Shown here: positions 13,013 to 21,465 of the stretch, in pieces
Numbering within the stretch: the stretch's first letter is position 1
Layout: each line of letters starts with the position of its first letter
Assembly (NCBI GenBank): GCA_038212275.1
Contig: JBBQUR010000033.1
Span: forward strand, 1-28,969
Direction: 5' to 3'
Source: Planctomycetota bacterium
GTDB lineage: Bacteria > Planctomycetota > B15-G4
DNA length: 28,969 nucleotides
Made by a program: the position numbers and the translations under genes
Notes under the pieces: generated by a model
The model's database searches: none
The model's input: only the letters and a program-made list of their open reading frames with translations
What the model was told of the DNA's origin: nothing

Positions 13013-15969
13013 GGGCCGCGTGGCGCCGAGTCGTCGTGGCTGCGGCAGCCTGCGCGTCGCTCGTCGTGGCGTGCAGTGATCCGCCCGAGCCGCCGCCCGT
13101 CGTGCTGCGGCTGTGGCGCGGCCAGCCGGCTGAGGACGCGGCCGAGCGCGCGCGCCTCGCCGGCGAGGTCACGACCACGGGCCTGTCCGGGCCCGGAACT
13201 CTGGCCGGCACGACCGGCACGACCGGCACGACCGGCTCGCCGCGCCAGCCCGTGGCGGGCGAGTCCGCCGTCTTCGTCACGCACTTCGATGGTCACGACA
13301 CGCGGCGCACGCTGGACGAAGAGGCCGTCGGGTGGTGCCGTGTCGTCAAGAGCAAGGCGGCAGGCGTGCTGGAACTTCTGCCCTTCACGCCACCGAAGGA
13401 CGGCAAGTTGCCGCTTCAGCACATGCTTGCGTGGGCGGCCGTCACGCAACTGCGCGTGCACCCCGGCGAAGCGCTCTCCGTGAGCGTCGTCGCGCGCACG
13501 CCGGGCGGCGTGTCGCCGGCCGCCGTGCCCGTGGTCGCACTCGTCGAGTTGCGCGAGCCGCAGCCGCCCGGCAGCAGTCTCAGCGCCACGGAAGTTGCCA
13601 ACCTCATGGACACGCATCGGCACGCGACTCACGTGCTGGAGTCGCGGCTTGGCCCGCAGCCGGTGACGTTGCGCACGGACTTCGTCGTGGACGCCGACAG
13701 CCGCTATCTGGCGGTCTACCTGCTGGCGCCGCTGACGGAGACACCGAAGGTCGTGCTGGTCGAGTCGCTCGAGGTGCTCTCCCGGCCCGTCACCGCGCAC
13801 GTCGCGGCGGGCGGTGAGTTTCCGCGCCTGCAGCGCCTGAGTGCTCCCGGCGTCGTGCGCGTGGCCCTCGACCGAGACGAGCGCGAGGGCCTGCTTGCGC
13901 TGCCCGGCGCGCACTGGGCCTTCGATCTGGGGCCGAGCGCTTCGAGGCGCCGGCTCGATCTGGCGCTGGGCTCGGCGGGGCGCCAGGGCGGCGACGGCCC
14001 GCAAGCCGCGGCGTCCACGCTGGACATCCGGATCGTCGCGCGCGGCGAGGACGCGGAGGGCGAGGCCTTCCGGGTCGAGTTCAGCAAGTCCTTGCCGGGC
14101 ACCGCATCACCCGAGGACGCGGCCTGGCAGGACGTCTCGCTCGACCTGCCCGCGAGCCCAGAGGCTCCGCTGCTGCTCACGCTCTCCGCGACGGCCGGCG
14201 GCGAGCGGCCACCGCTCGTGGTCTTCGGTCACCCCACGGTGCGCGCGCCGCGTTCGCCAGGCCCGCGCGAACCGGCTGGCCCCTCGCCACAGCCTGCGCC
14301 TCCCGAGCCGCCGCGGCCGAACATCGTGCTCATCAGTCTGGACACGCTGCGCCCCGACCGGCTCGGCTGCTACGGCGGCGAGGCGGGCTTGTCGCCGCAC
14401 CTCGATGCGCTGGCGGCGTCGGGCATGCGTTTCACGCAGGCTGAATCCACCAGCAGCTACACGCTGCCGAGCCACGGCTCGATGCTCACCGGGCAGTACC
14501 CCGCCTTCCATGGCGCCGTGGCCATCACCGACAAGCTCGATCCTGCGCGCTCGCCCTTTCTCGCGCGGCTGCTCGCGGATGCAGGCTGGGTGACCGCGGC
14601 CTTCACGGGGGGCGGCTACGTCTCGCCGGAATACGGCTTCGCGGAGGGCTTCGATCGCTACTCGACCAATGACCCGGTCTGGGCGCTCGACGGTCTGCGC
14701 GGCAACCAGCTGTTGGTCACGCGGGCCTGGGAACGCACGCCGGTGCAACTGCCGCTGCTCCGGCGCTACGCGGCGCCGATGATCGCGCGCTGGATCGAGG
14801 ATCAGCAGGACGGCGTACCCTTCTTCCTCTTCCTGCACACTTACATCGTTCACAACTACGCACCCGATCACGAGTGGTTGGCGAAGCGCGGGTTGCTCGC
14901 AGCCGACGGCACCGAGGCTCCGTTCAACCATCAGGATCGCGTGGCCTTCAACACGGGCGCGGGCCTCGCGGCGGGCCAGCCGGGCCAGCCGGGCGAGTCG
15001 GGCGAGTCGGGCGAGTCGGGCGAGTCGGGCGAGTCGGGCGAGTCGGGCGAGTCGGGTGAGTCGGGCGGGCCGGGCGGGCCGGGCGAGGCGGGCAACTCGG
15101 GCGTGCCCGACGAGGCGCTCCGTGACAAGGTGATCGGTGAGTACATGCCGTACTACGACGCGACGGTGGGCATGGCCGACGAGTTCGTCGGTGGCGTGCT
15201 CGACGCGCTGGATCGCGCGGGGCTCGCCGGCAACACGCTCGTCATCGTCACCGCCGACCACGGCGAGGAGTTCGGCGAGCATGGCTTCTTCGGGCACGGT
15301 GAGACGCTGTTCGAGGCGAACACGCGCGTGCCGCTCCTCGTGCGCCTGCCGGCGGGGACTCCGGAGTCCGTCGGCGGCCGTTCTCCCGCCGTCGTCGACA
15401 CGCCGATCAGCCTGGTGGACCTTGCGCCGTGGATCCTGCGCATCGCGGGCGTGGAGCCCGACCGGCGCATGGCGGTGCGCGCGCCGCTGGCTCCCGACAG
15501 CCTTGCGCCGCCCGCACGCTCCCAGCTCTTCATCGAACTCGACACGCACATGAATCGCCTCTCCGCCACGCGGCAGGGAGCGCTCAAGCTGCACACGTTG
15601 ATTTCCGGCAAGGGGCGCGGCCTGCAGCCCGGCGAGTTGGAACTCTTCGATCTGGCCGCCGATCCAGGAGAACAGCGGGACGTTGCTGCCACGCACGCGG
15701 CACAGCGAGATGAAATGCTCGGCGTGCTGAAACGCCTGCACGATGCTGCGGAGGCCGTGCATCCGCGCGGCAGCAAGGCTGCGCTGGACCTCGACTCGCT
15801 GGATCCACAGACCATCGAGAATCTCATCCAGCTCGGCTATCTCGATGCGAGCGGCAGGCCGGCCAACACCGCACCTGTGCAGTCGGAGGAGCATGGAGTT
15901 CCGGCGGAGGACGCCGAAGGGCTGCCGGATGCACAGCCAGGGCCCGTCGGGCCGGACCATCTGAAGTGA
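13009..15969 (+). CDS. Sulfatase-like hydrolase/transferase (alkaline phosphatase superfamily), probable lipoprotein with large N-terminal extension
   Basis: GTG overlaps the upstream TGA. Lipobox-like LVVA-C. PNIVLISLDTLRPD, YTLPSHGSMLTG, FFLFLHTYIVH, TADHGEEFGEHG..GHG, and a C-terminal ENLIQLGYL. Confidence 0.9.
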   Translation: MRAAWRRVVVAAAACASLVVACSDPPEPPPVVLRLWRGQPAEDAAERARLAGEVTTTGLSGPGTLAGTTGTTGTTGSPRQPVAGESAVFVTHFDGHDTRRTLDEEAVGWCRVVKSKAAGVLELLPFTPPKDGKLPLQHMLAWAAVTQLRVHPGEALSVSVVARTPGGVSPAAVPVVALVELREPQPPGSSLSATEVANLMDTHRHATHVLESRLGPQPVTLRTDFVVDADSRYLAVYLLAPLTETPKVVLVESLEVLSRPVTAHVAAGGEFPRLQRLSAPGVVRVALDRDEREGLLALPGAHWAFDLGPSASRRRLDLALGSAGRQGGDGPQAAASTLDIRIVARGEDAEGEAFRVEFSKSLPGTASPEDAAWQDVSLDLPASPEAPLLLTLSATAGGERPPLVVFGHPTVRAPRSPGPREPAGPSPQPAPPEPPRPNIVLISLDTLRPDRLGCYGGEAGLSPHLDALAASGMRFTQAESTSSYTLPSHGSMLTGQYPAFHGAVAITDKLDPARSPFLARLLADAGWVTAAFTGGGYVSPEYGFAEGFDRYSTNDPVWALDGLRGNQLLVTRAWERTPVQLPLLRRYAAPMIARWIEDQQDGVPFFLFLHTYIVHNYAPDHEWLAKRGLLAADGTEAPFNHQDRVAFNTGAGLAAGQPGQPGESGESGESGESGESGESGESGESGGPGGPGEAGNSGVPDEALRDKVIGEYMPYYDATVGMADEFVGGVLDALDRAGLAGNTLVIVTADHGEEFGEHGFFGHGETLFEANTRVPLLVRLPAGTPESVGGRSPAVVDTPISLVDLAPWILRIAGVEPDRRMAVRAPLAPDSLAPPARSQLFIELDTHMNRLSATRQGALKLHTLISGKGRGLQPGELELFDLAADPGEQRDVAATHAAQRDEMLGVLKRLHDAAEAVHPRGSKAALDLDSLDPQTIENLIQLGYLDASGRPANTAPVQSEEHGVPAEDAEGLPDAQPGPVGPDHLK
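13205..13236 (+). repeat. 3.5 x 9-bp in-frame repeat (GTT)
   Basis: ccggcacga x3 followed by ccggc. Confidence 0.85.
14974..15108 (+). repeat. 15 x 9-bp Gly-X-Y repeat: (GQP)2(GES)8(GGP)2 GEA GNS GVP
   Basis: ggcgagtcg x7 plus ggtgagtcg, flanked by variant units, inside the sulfatase domain. Confidence 0.95.
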
Positions 15970-15988
15970 GCGGGCTGAAGTGAGCGGG
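15961..15988 (+). repeat. Exact 14-bp tandem duplication across the stop codon
   Basis: ctgaagtgagcggg x2. Confidence 0.9.
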
Positions 15989-16020
15989 CGATGCGAGCTC
16001 ACGCCGCGAGGTGCCGGTTG

Positions 16021-16899
16021 ATGGCGGGCTCCGCATCGGCCGGGGGCGGTGCGCCGCGGCGCATCGTCTCGCTCGTGCCGTCCACGACGGAGACGCTCGC
16101 GGCGCTCGGCGTGTCGGATCGCGTCGTGGGGCGGACTCGCTACTGCGTGCATCCGCAGCCGTGGGTGGCGGGCGTGCCGGTCGTCGGCGGCACGAAGGAT
16201 CCGGATCCTGCGGCCATCGCCTCGCTGTCTCCCGACCTCATCGTCGCGAACCGCGAGGAGAACAAGCCCGCGGACTTTCCGGCGCTGGAGGCGATCGCGC
16301 CGCTGCTCGTCGGCTATCCGCGCGACGTGGAGAGCGCGCTGGCCGACGTGCGAACGCTGGCCGCGCGTGTCGGTGCGGCCGCGGAGGGCGAAGCTCTCAT
16401 CGAACGCATCGAGCTGGCCAGGCAGCGCATGCACGCCGCGCTGAGGCCGGCGCCCGCCGCTACTGCCGCGCCGGGTGCTGGCGTGCAGGGTGCTGGCGCG
16501 CCGGGTGCTGGCGCGCCGGGTGCAGGCGCGCAGGCTGCTCCCCCTGCGCGCTTCCGCTACGCCTACCTGATCTGGCGCAAGCCCTGGATGTCTGTCAATG
16601 CCGACACCTTCATCCACGCGCTGCTCGCGGAGGCCGGCGGCGAGAATGTCTGCGCGGCGCGCGCCGAGCGCTACCCGGAACTCACGCTGGACGATCTGTG
16701 CGCCGCGGATCCCGACATCCTGCTGCTCGCCAGCGAGCCCTATTCCTTCGAGCCGGAGCACGCGCCGGAGTTCGGGCCTCTGGCGCCGCGCTGCCGCTTC
16801 GTGGATGGCGAACTGCTCTCGTGGCACGGCGCGCGGCTGGAGCACGCCTTTCCATACCTCGCGGTGCGGGCGCCGGATTGGGTTCGCGCCCGAGGTTGA
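16021..16899 (+). CDS. Helical-backbone metal receptor (BtuF/cobalamin-binding-like)
   Basis: RIVSLVPSTTETL, VVGRTRYCVHP, VGGTKDP, PDLIVANREEN, YLIWRKPWM, RYP, SEPYSF, VDGELLSWHG. No signal peptide evident. Start 16021 or 15991. Confidence 0.88.
   Translation: MAGSASAGGGAPRRIVSLVPSTTETLAALGVSDRVVGRTRYCVHPQPWVAGVPVVGGTKDPDPAAIASLSPDLIVANREENKPADFPALEAIAPLLVGYPRDVESALADVRTLAARVGAAAEGEALIERIELARQRMHAALRPAPAATAAPGAGVQGAGAPGAGAPGAGAQAAPPARFRYAYLIWRKPWMSVNADTFIHALLAEAGGENVCAARAERYPELTLDDLCAADPDILLLASEPYSFEPEHAPEFGPLAPRCRFVDGELLSWHGARLEHAFPYLAVRAPDWVRARG
16468..16527 (+). repeat. 4 x 15-bp in-frame repeat (APGAG)
   Basis: gcgccgggtgctggc-type units located between the two lobes of the receptor. 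Confidence 0.85.
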
Positions 16900-16908
16900 G
16901 CCGTCGCG

Positions 16909-17601
16909 TCAGGCGCGCCGGCGCGCGAGTCGGGCGCGCAGCGCCGGTCTGGAGAGATCGCGCACGACATCCTTGCCGACCCAGCGCGGCGCGGCGTCGT
17001 CCGATGCGGCGAGGCGCTTCGCGACGGCCATCGTCGCGTCGTGCAGCGCCCGGTTGCGACGGCCGACGCTGCGCAGCGCCCAGCTCACGCCCTTCTTCAC
17101 GAGGGCGCGTTCGTCGCGCGCGCCCTTCTCGAGCAGGGGCAGGAAGGCCAGGAAGGGCTTGTCCGGCGCCGCCTTGTCGTGGAGCGCGAGGCAGGCCATG
17201 AGCACGAAGCCGCCTCGTTTGACGAACTCGCGCGGAGAGGCGGCCCACTTCGGCGCCGCCTTCCACGCATGGGGCGAGCGGTCGAAGAGCTTGAAGCAGA
17301 CGGTGTCGCAGTCACCCCAGTTCTCGAAGCCGGCGGCCCAGGCATCCATCTGGCGGCGGGTCACGGCCGCGGCGTCGCCGATCAGCGACGCGAGCAGGCG
17401 CGCCTCGTACACGCCGCTGTCCCAGAGCGCGAGCGAGAGGGCCTGGTCCGTGCCGAGGCGCTTGCTCAAGGCCAGCAGCGCGCTCATCGGCACGCCGACG
17501 GCGTGTCGCGCGACGATGCCGTAGCGGGCCAGTCCGTCGCGGGTCTTCTTCGTGCCCTGCTTCTCGAGCAGGGCGAGGACTTCTTCGGTCTTCAGCTTCA
17601 T
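16909..17601 (-). CDS. DNA alkylation repair protein (AlkD-like HEAT-repeat family)
   Basis: ARYGI...GVPM, ALWDSGVYEARLLA, QMDAWA..FENWGDCDTVC, EFVKRGGF, DERALVKKGVSWALRSVGRR. Confidence 0.9.
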   Translation of the reverse strand: MKLKTEEVLALLEKQGTKKTRDGLARYGIVARHAVGVPMSALLALSKRLGTDQALSLALWDSGVYEARLLASLIGDAAAVTRRQMDAWAAGFENWGDCDTVCFKLFDRSPHAWKAAPKWAASPREFVKRGGFVLMACLALHDKAAPDKPFLAFLPLLEKGARDERALVKKGVSWALRSVGRRNRALHDATMAVAKRLAASDDAAPRWVGKDVVRDLSRPALRARLARRRA

Positions 17602-17614
17602 GGGAGCGTGCGCG

Positions 17615-19552
17615 TCAGGTGCCGGCGGTCGCGCCCGCCAGGTGCAGCCTGTAGAGCTTCCAGTAGAGGCCGTGCTGCTCCATGAGTTCGTCGTGCGTGC
17701 CCTGCTCGTGCACGCGGCCCTTGTGCATGACGAGGATGCGGTCGGCGTTGACCACGGTGGACAGTCGGTGCGCGATGACGAGGCTCGTCCGCCCTTCCAT
17801 GAGTCGCGCGGTCGCGTCCTCGATGAGCGACTCGGTCTCGCTGTCCACCGACGAGGTCGCCTCGTCCAGCACGAGGATGTCCGGATCGGCGGCGAGCGCG
17901 CGGGCGAAGGCGATGAGCTGGCGCTGGCCGGTCGAGAGGTTGCCGCCGCGCTCTTGCAGCACCGTGGCGTATCCGAGCGGCAGGCGGCGCACGAAACGGT
18001 CGGCGTGCACGGCCACGGCGGCTTGCGCGACGGCCTCGTCGGGCAGGCCGTCCTGGCCCATGCGGATGTTGGCGGCGATCGTGTCGCTGAAGAGGAAGAC
18101 GTCCTGCTGCACGACGGCGATGCTCCGGCGCAGTTCCTGGTGCGGGATGTCGCGGATGTCGCGGCCGTGCACGAGCACCGAGCCCTGCACGACCTCGTGG
18201 AAATGGCACAGCAGCGACACGAGCGTGGTCTTGCCCGCGCCGGTGTGGCCGACGACGGCGACGCGCTCGCCCGGCGCGACCCGGAAGGACACGTCCTGCA
18301 GCACCGGCGCGCCGCCGCCGTAGGCGAAGGACACGTGCCGGAACTCGATGGCCGGCGCCGGCCCGGCAGGCGTTGCGTGCGCGCCGTGGCCGGGCGCCGC
18401 CTCGGGCTCCGTCGCGACGCGCGCCGTCATGGCCGCGTCCATTTCCGTCGCGAAGAGCGCGGGCGAGGCGACCACCTCGATGGCCAGCGGCGGCGCGTCC
18501 TCGGTGCGCGTGTCGAGCACGCCGAAGATGCGCTCCGCGGCGGCCATCGCGGCCTGCAGCACGTTGTAGCGTTCCGCGAGTTCGCGAATGGGCTCGAACA
18601 CGAAGTCGAGGTAGAGCCAGAACTGCACGAAGACGCCTTCGTCGAGCCGCCCGTTCACGATGAGCCAGGCGCCGTAGCCCAGGCAGCCCAGCTTCACGGT
18701 GGTGGAGAGCGTGTCCACGGTGGGGAAGAACAGCGAGAAATGCTTCACCGTGAGCATGTTGTCGCTGTAGTACCGCGTGTTCAGCACGTCGAAGCGGCGC
18801 GCGCTGGCCTCCTCGCGCCGGAAGAGCCGCACGACCGCAAGACCCGACAGGCGCTCCTGCAGGTAGGCGTTGAGCCGTGCGATCGATGCCCGCGTGGCCC
18901 GGTAGGCGACGCGCGCCTTGAGGCGGAAGCGGAACGAGACCCACATCATCACGGGCAGCATGATGAGCGCGACGAAGGCGAGCTGCGGCGAGATCCAGAT
19001 GAGCACGCCGGCCACGACGATGATGGTGAGCACGTCATACGCCAGCGTCGCAACACCGGTGGTGAAGAGCTCGGAGAGGCTGTCCACGTCGGAGGTGGAG
19101 CGCGTGACCGTCCAGCCCACGGCATGCCGGTCGTACCAGCCGACGGGCAGGCGCAGCAGGTGCGCGAAGAGCTTGTTGCGCACCTCGAACACGATCTGCT
19201 GCCCCGTGCGGTTCATCAGCCATTCGCGCACGACGAGCACGCCCGCGTTGACGACGGCCAGCACGAGGAAGATCAGTCCGAGCCGCGTGACGTCATGCAG
19301 CGGCCCGACCAGCGAGAAGCCGGGATCGCCGACATGCTCGCGTGCGTCCTTCACCGGGCCGTCGATGACCAGCTGCACGATCTTCGGGCCGGCGAGCCGC
19401 AGCCCGAGGCCGATCACGAGCAAGCCGACGGTGGCAAGCAGCGCGTTGCGGTGCGGCCGCGCGAATTCCATCACGCGCGAGAGCAGCCGCGGGTCGAAGA
19501 TCGAGCCGAGGTCCTGCTCCGCGTCGTGGTGGTCCTTGCTGCCCGTGCTCAC
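17615..19552 (-). CDS. ABC exporter, fused permease/ATPase (second half of a heterodimer)
   Basis: GTG 19552 overlaps the upstream TGA. TM domain, Walker A GHTGAGKT, signature LSTGQ, Walker B LVLDEATS, AHRLST. Confidence 0.92.
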   Translation of the reverse strand: MSTGSKDHHDAEQDLGSIFDPRLLSRVMEFARPHRNALLATVGLLVIGLGLRLAGPKIVQLVIDGPVKDAREHVGDPGFSLVGPLHDVTRLGLIFLVLAVVNAGVLVVREWLMNRTGQQIVFEVRNKLFAHLLRLPVGWYDRHAVGWTVTRSTSDVDSLSELFTTGVATLAYDVLTIIVVAGVLIWISPQLAFVALIMLPVMMWVSFRFRLKARVAYRATRASIARLNAYLQERLSGLAVVRLFRREEASARRFDVLNTRYYSDNMLTVKHFSLFFPTVDTLSTTVKLGCLGYGAWLIVNGRLDEGVFVQFWLYLDFVFEPIRELAERYNVLQAAMAAAERIFGVLDTRTEDAPPLAIEVVASPALFATEMDAAMTARVATEPEAAPGHGAHATPAGPAPAIEFRHVSFAYGGGAPVLQDVSFRVAPGERVAVVGHTGAGKTTLVSLLCHFHEVVQGSVLVHGRDIRDIPHQELRRSIAVVQQDVFLFSDTIAANIRMGQDGLPDEAVAQAAVAVHADRFVRRLPLGYATVLQERGGNLSTGQRQLIAFARALAADPDILVLDEATSSVDSETESLIEDATARLMEGRTSLVIAHRLSTVVNADRILVMHKGRVHEQGTHDELMEQHGLYWKLYRLHLAGATAGT

Positions 19553-21465
19553 AGCGCCTCGATTTCCGCTTCGAGCTTCTGGCGCTCGTGGATCTCGGCG
19601 TAGAGACCGCCGCGCGCGACGAGCTCGTCGTGCGTGCCCGTCTCCACGACGCGGCCCTCGTCCAGCACGAGGATGCGGTCCGCGAGCGAGAGCGCGGCGA
19701 CGCGGTGGCTCACGATGATGGCGGTGCGCTCCTTGAGCGTCTCGCGCAGCCCGCGCAGGATGGCCTGCTCCGTGATCGAGTCCACCGCCGAGAGGCAGTC
19801 GTCCAGGATGAGCACGGGAGGGTTGGCGGCGAGCGTGCGCGCGATGGCGGTGCGCTGGCGCTGGCCGCCGGACAGCGTCACGCCGCGCTCGCCGAGCAGT
19901 TCGTCGTAGCCGCGCGGGAAGGCCTCGATGTCGGCGTCCACGTGCGCCGTGCGGGCCATCGCGCGCACGTTGTCCATGTCGGTGTCGTCGTGCGCGTAGC
20001 CGATGTTCGCGGCGATGGACTCGCTGAACAGGAAGCTGTCCTGCGGCACGACGCCGATGCTGCGTCGCAGGAAGGAGAGCGAGAGCCTGCGCACGTCGTG
20101 CCCGTCGAGGAAGACGGTGCCGGCCGGGGGCTCCACCTGCCGCGAGAGCAGCTGCACCAGCGTGCTCTTGCCGCAGCCCGTGCGTCCCGTGATCCCGAGC
20201 GTGCCGCCGGCCGGAACGTGCAGCGACACGTCGACGAGCACGTCCGTCGCGCTCCACGCGAAGGACAGGTGGCGCACCTCCAGCTCGCCGCGCACGCCGG
20301 ACGGCGTGATCGCATCCGGGGCTTCCTGCACGGAGGAACGGATCGCGAAGAGTTCGTTGAGGCGCACGGCGCCGGCGCGCGCGCGGTGGTACATGCCGAG
20401 CGTCCAGCCCACGGCAATGAGCGGCCACAGTGCCCAGTTGAGCATCGCGGTGAACAGCACGAAGTTCCCGAGCGTCAGGCGGCCCTGCACCATGTGCCAG
20501 CCGCCGACGAGCACGATGAGCAGCATGCCGAAGTCCTTGACCACGTTGATCGTGGCCGAGGTGATGCCGCGGATCGTGGCCAGCTTCACGTTGCTCTCGA
20601 GGAAGGCCTGGCCCATGCGCCGGAAGGCGCTGCCGCTGAAGGCCTCCGAGGCGAAGGCCTTCACGACGCGGATGCCGGAGAAGCTCTCCTGCGCCACGGT
20701 CGAGAGGTCGCCGATGCGGTCCTGGCTGATCTGGCTCCAGCGCTGCGTGGGCTTCGCGGCGAACTTCACGACGAGCGCGAGCCCGAGGAAGGGCAGCGTC
20801 ATGAGCGCGGTGAGCGTCGGGTCGATGAAGGCCATCGTGATGAGCGCCATCGGCATGACGACGACGGTCTGCACGTTGTACATGGCCGCCGGGCCGAGCA
20901 GCATGCGCACCGCCTCGATGTCCGACAGCGAGCGCGACATGATGTCGCCGGTGCGCAGGTGCGCGATGTCGCGCGGCGTCAGCGTGAGCAGGTGCTGGAA
21001 GAGGTCCTGCCGGTAGAGGCGCTCGAAGACGCGCGACGCGCCGGTGACCCAGTAGCGCATGCCGTACTTTGCCGCGCCCTTGACCAGCGTGATGAGCAGC
21101 ACCAGGCCGATCTTCCCGAGCACTGTATTCAGCGGCATGCGCTGCGCGAGGTCGCTTGTGGTGACGCCGTCGAAGATGTCGCGCACGATGAGCAGCGTGA
21201 TCAGGTCGAGCGCGGAGCCCGGGATCACGCAGGCCAGGCCCCACAGGAATTCCTTGCGCACCGCGGGCCAGTACTTGAGCGAGCCCGCGAAGGCGCGCAT
21301 CCCGCGCTGCGGATCGAGCACGGCCGCGCCCGCGGCTGTCGCGCCCGGCGAACCGGAGCCGCCCGGGGGCGTGGCTCCGGAGAGCGCGCCGTCCGGACCT
21401 CCGGATCCCTGATCGGCGGCGCGGCCGTTCAGCGCCGGGCGTGCTGCGCGCGCGGGCTCAGACAC
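19549..21465 (-). CDS. ABC exporter, fused permease/ATPase (first half of a heterodimer)
   Basis: RTGDIMSR, ESFSGIRVVKAF, GRTGCGKS, LSGGQRQR, degenerate Walker B ILDDCLSAVD, SHR. The start may be ATG 21300. Confidence 0.92.
   Translation of the reverse strand: MSEPARAARPALNGRAADQGSGGPDGALSGATPPGGSGSPGATAAGAAVLDPQRGMRAFAGSLKYWPAVRKEFLWGLACVIPGSALDLITLLIVRDIFDGVTTSDLAQRMPLNTVLGKIGLVLLITLVKGAAKYGMRYWVTGASRVFERLYRQDLFQHLLTLTPRDIAHLRTGDIMSRSLSDIEAVRMLLGPAAMYNVQTVVVMPMALITMAFIDPTLTALMTLPFLGLALVVKFAAKPTQRWSQISQDRIGDLSTVAQESFSGIRVVKAFASEAFSGSAFRRMGQAFLESNVKLATIRGITSATINVVKDFGMLLIVLVGGWHMVQGRLTLGNFVLFTAMLNWALWPLIAVGWTLGMYHRARAGAVRLNELFAIRSSVQEAPDAITPSGVRGELEVRHLSFAWSATDVLVDVSLHVPAGGTLGITGRTGCGKSTLVQLLSRQVEPPAGTVFLDGHDVRRLSLSFLRRSIGVVPQDSFLFSESIAANIGYAHDDTDMDNVRAMARTAHVDADIEAFPRGYDELLGERGVTLSGGQRQRTAIARTLAANPPVLILDDCLSAVDSITEQAILRGLRETLKERTAIIVSHRVAALSLADRILVLDEGRVVETGTHDELVARGGLYAEIHERQKLEAEIEAL

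Noticed and set aside
14974..15108. Repeat array as possible CRISPR
   Set aside because: The units are contiguous 9-mers with no spacers, in frame within a gene, and no cas genes are present.
17615..21244. 1209-aa ORF suggesting a giant ABC fusion
   Set aside because: The first ~560 codons are an Arg/Ala-rich alternate frame of the upstream ABC gene. The real gene starts at GTG 19552.
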